From NCBI GenBank assembly GCA_950097015.1, contig CATNEN010000003.1, positions 5,518,001-5,582,000 on the forward strand: a stretch of DNA of 64,000 bases. The letters are read 5' to 3'. Position 1 is the stretch's first letter. Each line of letters begins with the position of its first letter. The stretch comes from Macrostomum hystrix. Its lineage: Eukaryota; Animalia; Platyhelminthes. Of the stretch, positions 57,773 to 64,000 are shown one piece after another. Below the pieces are notes generated by a model that was given only the letters and a program-made list of their open reading frames with translations, did no database searches and was not told the origin of the DNA. Both the position numbers and the translations under genes were made by a program.

Positions 57773-58720
57773 GCTCCTGAAGCAAATCTAGTTTTGGCCC
57801 CTGAAGCGAATCTAGTTTTGGCTCCTGAAGCGGATCTAGCTACTGCTCCTGAACCGGATCTAGCTACTGCTCCTGAAGCGGATCTAGCTACTGCTCCAGA
57901 AGCGGATCTAGCTACTGCTCCTGAAGCGGATCTAGCTACTGCTCCTGAAGCGGATCTAGCTACTGCTCCTGAAGCGGATCTAGCTACTGCTCCAGAAGCG
58001 GATCTAGCTACTGCTCCTGAAGCGGATCTAGCTACTGCTCCTGAAGCGGATCTAGCTACTGCTCCTGAAGCGGATCTAGCTACTGCTCCTGAAGCGAATC
58101 TATTTTTAGCTCATGAAGCGAATCTAGTTTTGTCTCCTGAAGCGGATCTAGCTACTGCTCCTGAAGCGGTTCTAGCTACTGCTCCTGAAGCGGATCTAGC
58201 TACTGCTCCTGAAGCGGATCTAGCTACTGCTCCTGAACCGGATCTAGCTACTGCTCCTGAAGCGGATCTAGCTACTGCTCCTGAAGCGGATCTAGCTACT
58301 GCTCCTGAAGCGGATCTAGCTACTGCTCCAGAAGCGGATCTAGCTACTGCTCCTGAAGCGGATCTAGCTACTGCTCCTGAAGCGGATCTAGCTACTGCTC
58401 CTGAAGCGGATCTAGCTACTGCTCCTGAAGCGAATCTATTTTTAGCTCATGAAGCGAATCTAGTTTTGTCTCCTGAAGCGGATCTAGCTACTGCTCCTGA
58501 AGCGGATCTAGCTACTGCTCCTGAAGCGAATCTATTTTTAGCTCATGAAGCGAATCTAGTTTTGGCTCCTGAAGCGGATCTAGCTACTGCTCCTGAAGCG
58601 GATCTAGCTACTGCTCCTGAAGCGGATCTAGCTACTGCTCCAGAAGCGGATCTAGCTACTGCTCCTGAAGCGGATCTAGCTACTGCTCCTGAAGCGAATC
58701 TAGCCACGTCTTCTGAGGCG
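57773..58720 (+). repeat. 24-bp tandem repeat (GCTCCTGAAGCGGATCTAGCTACT)n, open as (APEADLAT)n
   Basis: About 40 units with no frameshift. Coding status uncertain. Confidence 0.9.
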
Positions 58721-59120
58721 AATCCGGTAATGGTTTCTGAAGCTTTTATGTCTTCATGTGATGTGCGAGACTTTTAGCTCCAGAAATTTTTTTAAGAAAA
58801 AGACAAAAAATCGAGTTTGCAGCTTTATGCGCATTTTTTGCAGTTGTTAGAAGGTAAAAGCCAGTTATAATTGTCTGTAAATTATTTTTAAGATTTTAGC
58901 ATTGATGTACCGTTTGAAGAAAAAAAAGTGGACAGTTTTTGTGAAGTGCATTGTTTTCTTAAATGCAAGAAATGCTACGAAATACAGTTTGATATCGCAT
59001 TTACTCTACTTTAAGCAGTGGGCATGGAGTTTTGTTTCAATTTTAGGTCAGCTTTTTTATCGGTAGTAAAAAGTAAAAACAAGAGATTTAGACTGGCTTG
59101 ACGCTGTTCATTTTCGAAAG

Positions 59121-59399
59121 TTAATTTTTAGACACAAGCCCAGGTTCTTCAATCGCAGCGCTCGACATGGTTGTTGTAAACTCCGCATTGCTTTTCTGTG
59201 GGACAGAATTTTGCTTGTGAACTTTGCAGACAAATCTGTACCTTCGATAACACCGCTCACTGCGAAGACCTTCGCTAGAGAATGTGGCACAGTTCGTGCG
59301 ATTAAATTCTTGGTAATCTGGCACTTGTTCCAGGTGGCCGCTAGCCCAATGAGGATAGCTCGACAGCTCACCCGACAGATCTGTCCACCGGTAGCAAGC
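59121..59399 (-). CDS. Terminal exon of a C-type lectin-like domain protein
   Basis: CTCCAG acceptor, then ACYRWTDLSGELSSYPHWASG...NCATFSSEGLRSERCYRRYRFVCK, the C-terminal half of a CTLD. Upstream exons are outside the window. Confidence 0.7.
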   Translation of the reverse strand, partial: ACYRWTDLSGELSSYPHWASGHLEQVPDYQEFNRTNCATFSSEGLRSERCYRRYRFVCKVHKQNSVPQKSNAEFTTTMSSAAIEEPGLVSKN

Positions 59400-59424
59400 C
59401 TGGAGATCGGAGAATGAGTCAATT

Positions 59425-62400
59425 TGACATGAGACAGTGCCAGTCTCATGTGAGACAGTGCCAGTCTCATGTGAGAGAGTGCCAGTCTCATGTGAGACAG
59501 TGCCAGTCTCATGTGAGAGAGTGCCAGTCTCATGTGAGAGAGTACCAGTCTCATGTGAGACAGTGCCAGTCTCATGTGAGAGAGTGCCAGTCCAATGTGA
59601 GAGAGTACCAGTCTCATGTGAGAGAGTACCAGTCTCATGTGAGAGAGTGCCAGTCTCATGTGAGAGAGTGCCAGTCTCATGTGAGAGAGTGCCAGTCTCA
59701 TTTGAGAGAGTGCCAGTCTAATGTGAGAGAGTGCCAGTCTCATGTGAGAGAGTGCCAGTCTCATGTGAGAGAGTGCCAGTCTCATGTGAGACAGTGCCAG
59801 TCTCATGTGAGAGAGTGCCAGTCTAATGTGAGAGAGTACCAGTCTCATGTGAGAGAGTACCAGTCTCATGTGAGAGAGTGCCAGTCTCATGTGAGAGAGT
59901 GCCAGTCTCATGTGAGAGAGTGCCAGTCTCATGTGAGAGAGTGCCAGTCTCATGTGAGAGAGTACCAGTCTCATGTGAGAGAGTGCCAGTCTCATGTGAG
60001 AGAGTACCAGTCTCATGTGAGACAGTGCCAGTCTCATGTGAGAGAGTGCCAGTCTCATGTGAGAGAGTGCCAGTCTCATGTGAGAGAGTACCAGTCTCAT
60101 GTGAGAGAGTGCCAGTCTCATGTGAGAGAGTACCAGTCTCATGTGAGACACTGCCAGTCTCATGTGAGAGAGTGCCAGTCTCATGTGAAAGAGTACCAGT
60201 CTCATGTGAGAGAGTGCAAGTCTCATTTGAGAGAGTGCCAGTCTCATGTGAGAGAGTGCCAGTCTCATGTGAGACAGTGCCAGTCTCATGTGAGACAGTG
60301 CCAGTCTCATGTGAGACAGTGCCAGTCTCATGTGAGACAGTGCCAGTCTCATGTGAGACAGTGCCAGTCTCATGTGAGACAGTGCCAGTCTCATGTGAGA
60401 GAGTGCCAGTCTCATTTGAGAGAGTGCCAGTCTCATGTGAGAGAGTGCCAGTCTCATGTGAGAGAGTACCAGTCTCATGTGAGAGAGTGCCAGTCTCATG
60501 TGAGAGAGTGCCAGTCTAATGTGAGAGAGTACCAGTCTCATGTGAGAGAGTACCAGTCTCATGTGAGAGAGTACCAGTCTCATGTGAGAGAGTGCCAGTC
60601 TCATTTGAGAGAGTGCCAGTCTCATGTGAGAGAGTGCCAGTCTCATGTGAGAGAGTGCCAGTCTCATGTGAGAGAGTGCCAGTCTCATGTGACAGAGTGC
60701 CAGTCTCATGTGAGAGAGTGGCAGTCTAATGTGAGAGAGTGCCAGTCTCATGTGAGAGAGTGCCAGTCTCATGTGAGAGAGTGCCAGTCTCATGTGAGAG
60801 AGTGCCAGTCTCATTTGAGAGAGTGCCAGTCTCATGTGAGAGAGTGCCAGTCTCATGTGAGAGAGTGCCAGTCTAATGTGAGAGAGTACCAGTCTCATGT
60901 GAGAGAGTACCAGTCTCATGTGAGAGAGTGCCAGTCTCATGTGAGAGAGTGCCAGTCTCATGTGAGAGAGTGCCAGTCTCATGTGAGAGAGTACCAGTCT
61001 CATGTGAGAGAGTGCCAGTCTCATGTGAGAGAGTACCAGTCTCATGTGAGACAGTGCCAGTCTCATGTGAGAGAGTGCCAGTCTCATGTGAGAGAGTGCC
61101 AGTCTCATGTGAGAGAGTACCAGTCTCATGTGAGAGAGTGCCAGTCTCATGTGAGAGAGTACCAGTCTCATGTGAGACACTGCCAGTCTCATGTGAGAGA
61201 GTGCCAGTCTCATGTGAAAGAGTACCAGTCTCATGTGAGAGAGTGCAAGTCTCATTTGAGAGAGTGCCAGTCTCATGTGAGAGAGTGCCAGTCTCATGTG
61301 AGACAGTGCCAGTCTCATGTGAGACAGTGCCAGTCTCATGTGAGACAGTGCCAGTCTCATGTGAGACAGTGCCAGTCTCATGTGAGACAGTGCCAGTCTC
61401 ATGTGAGACAGTGCCAGTCTCATGTGAGAGAGTGCCAGTCTCATTTGAGAGAGTGCCAGTCTCATGTGAGAGAGTGCCAGTCTCATGTGAGAGAGTACCA
61501 GTCTCATGTGAGAGAGTGCCAGTCTCATGTGAGAGAGTGCCAGTCTAATGTGAGAGAGTACCAGTCTCATGTGAGAGAGTACCAGTCTCATGTGAGAGAG
61601 TACCAGTCTCATGTGAGAGAGTGCCAGTCTCATTTGAGAGAGTGCCAGTCTCATGTGAGAGAGTGCCAGTCTCATGTGAGAGAGTGCCAGTCTCATGTGA
61701 GAGAGTGCCAGTCTCATGTGACAGAGTGCCAGTCTCATGTGAGAGAGTGGCAGTCTAATGTGAGAGAGTGCCAGTCTCATGTGAGAGAGTGCCAGTCTCA
61801 TGTGAGAGAGTGCCAGTCTCATGTGAGAGAGTGCCAGTCTCATTTGAGAGAGTGCCAGTCTCATGTGAGAGAGTGCCAGTCTCATGTGAGAGAGTGCCAG
61901 TCTCATATGAGAGAGTGCCAGTCTCATGTGAGAGAGTGCCAGTCTCATGTGAGAGAGTGCCAGTCCAATGTGAGAGAGTACCAGTCTCATGTGAGAGAGT
62001 ACCAGTCTCATGTGAGAGAGTGCCAGTCTCATGTGAGAGAGTGCCAGTCTCATGTGAGAGAGTGCCAGTCTCATTTGAGAGAGTGCCAGTCTAATGTGAG
62101 AGAGTGCCAGTCTCATGTGAGAGAGTGCCAGTCTCATGTGAGAGAGTGCCAGTCTCATGTGAGACAGTGCCAGTCTCATGTGAGAGAGTGCCAGTCTAAT
62201 GTGAGAGAGTACCAGTCTCATGTGAGAGAGTACCAGTCTCATGTGAGAGAGTGCCAGTCTCATGTGAGAGAGTGCCAGTCTCATGTGAGAGAGTGCCAGT
62301 CTCATGTGAGAGAGTGCCAGTCTCATGTGAGAGAGTACCAGTCTCATGTGAGAGAGTGCCAGTCTCATGTGAGAGAGTACCAGTCTCATGTGAGACAGTG

Positions 62401-64000
62401 CCAGTCTCATGTGAGAGAGTGCCAGTCTCATGTGAGAGAGTGCCAGTCTCATGTGAGAGAGTACCAGTCTCATGTGAGAGAGTGCCAGTCTCATGTGAGA
62501 GAGTACCAGTCTCATGTGAGACACTGCCAGTCTCATGTGAGAGAGTGCCAGTCTCATGTGAAAGAGTACCAGTCTCATGTGAGAGAGTGCAAGTCTCATT
62601 TGAGAGAGTGCCAGTCTCATGTGAGAGAGTGCCAGTCTCATGTGAGACAGTGCCAGTCTCATGTGAGACAGTGCCAGTCTCATGTGAGACAGTGCCAGTC
62701 TCATGTGAGACAGTGCCAGTCTCATGTGAGACAGTGCCAGTCTCATGTGAGACAGTGCCAGTCTCATGTGAGAGAGTGCCAGTCTCATTTGAGAGAGTGC
62801 CAGTCTCATGTGAGAGAGTGCCAGTCTCATGTGAGAGAGTACCAGTCTCATGTGAGAGAGTGCCAGTCTCATGTGAGAGAGTGCCAGTCTCATGTGAGAG
62901 AGTACCAGTCTCATGTGAGAGAGTGCCAGTCTCATGTGAGAGAGTGCCAGTCTCATGTGAGAGAGTACCAGTCTCATGTGAGAGAGTGCCAGTCTCATGT
63001 GAGAGAGTGCCAGTCTAATGTGAGAGAGTACCAGTCTCATGTGAGAGAGTACCAGTCTCATGTGAGAGAGTACCAGTCTCATGTGAGAGAGTGCCAGTCT
63101 CATTTGAGAGAGTGCCAGTCTCATGTGAGAGAGTGCCAGTCTCATGTGAGACAGTGCCAGTCTCATGTGAGAGAGTGCCAGTCTAATGTGAGAGAGTACC
63201 AGTCTCATGTGAGAGAGTACCAGTCTCATGTGAGAGAGTGCCAGTCTCATGTGAGAGAGTGCCAGTCTCATGTGAGAGAGTGCCAGTCTCATGTGAGAGA
63301 GTACCAGTCTCATGTGAGAGAGTGCCAGTCTCATGTGAGAGAGTACCAGTCTCATGTGAGACAGTGCCAGTCTCATGTGAGAGAGTGCCAGTCTCATGTG
63401 AGAGAGTGCCAGTCTCATGTGAGAGAGTACCAGTCTCATGTGAGAGAGTGCCAGTCTCATGTGAGAGAGTACCAGTCTCATGTGAGACACTGCCAGTCTC
63501 ATGTGAGAGAGTGCCAGTCTCATGTGAAAGAGTACCAGTCTCATGTGAGAGAGTGCAAGTCTCATTTGAGAGAGTGCCAGTCTCATGTGAGAGAGTGCCA
63601 GTCTCATGTGAGACAGTGCCAGTCTCATGTGAGACAGTGCCAGTCTCATGTGAGACAGTGCCAGTCTCATGTGAGACAGTGCCAGTCTCATGTGAGACAG
63701 TGCCAGTCTCATGTGAGAGAGTGGCAGTCTAATGTGAGAGAGTGCCAGTCTCATGTGAGAGAGTGCCAGTCTCATGTGAGAGAGTGCCAGTCTCATGTGA
63801 GAGAGTGCCAGTCTCATTTGAGAGAGTGCCAGTCTCATGTGAGAGAGTGCCAGTCTCATGTGAGAGAGTGCCAGTCTCATATGAGAGAGTGCCAGTCTCA
63901 TGTGAGAGAGTGCCAGTCTCATGTGAGAGAGTGCCAGTCTAATGTGAGAGAGTACCAGTCTCATGTGAGAGAGTACCAGTCTCATGTGAGAGAGTACCAG
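59425..64000. repeat. 21-bp satellite (GTGCCAGTCTCATGTGAGAGA)n, >4.5 kb, with higher-order structure
   Basis: More than 200 units running off the window end, with recurring blocks of variant units. Confidence 0.98.

Noticed and set aside
59108-63985. 1625-aa (MRLALSH)n ORF and the opposite-strand (CERVPVS)n ORFs
   Set aside because: Translations of a 21-bp satellite. The ORF runs through the lectin exon in a different frame.

Overview
Eukaryotic (invertebrate animal) genomic DNA with spliced genes, minisatellite-filled introns and many retro- and DNA-transposon remnants. The style suggests a flatworm such as Macrostomum, but that is inference only. Supported genes: an ankyrin-repeat/SOCS-box (ASB-type) gene, an RY-amide neuropeptide precursor, a multi-exon EPLIN/LIMD2-type LIM gene with a poly-Q exon and a nested or alternative 957-codon Pro/Gln-rich ORF, a clockwork orange (bHLH-Orange) gene, a secreted KPPGIW peptide precursor, and the last exon of a C-type lectin-like gene below a >4.5-kb 21-mer satellite. 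The most striking region is a recent 7-8 kb tandem duplication (30.9-39.2 kb and 40.4-47.7 kb). Each copy carries a two-exon secreted cysteine-rich peptide gene that the ORF track does not call. The two copies have identical signal peptides and near-identical introns and flanks, but the mature peptides differ only at amino-acid-changing codons and carry 8 versus 12 cysteines. The same block holds Penelope-type minimal hammerhead ribozymes with a U3-A8 core next to telomeric repeats, a Tc1/IS630 pseudogene and a possible Polinton penton fragment. A separate palindromic hammerhead-bearing Penelope-like insertion sits in cwo intron 1.
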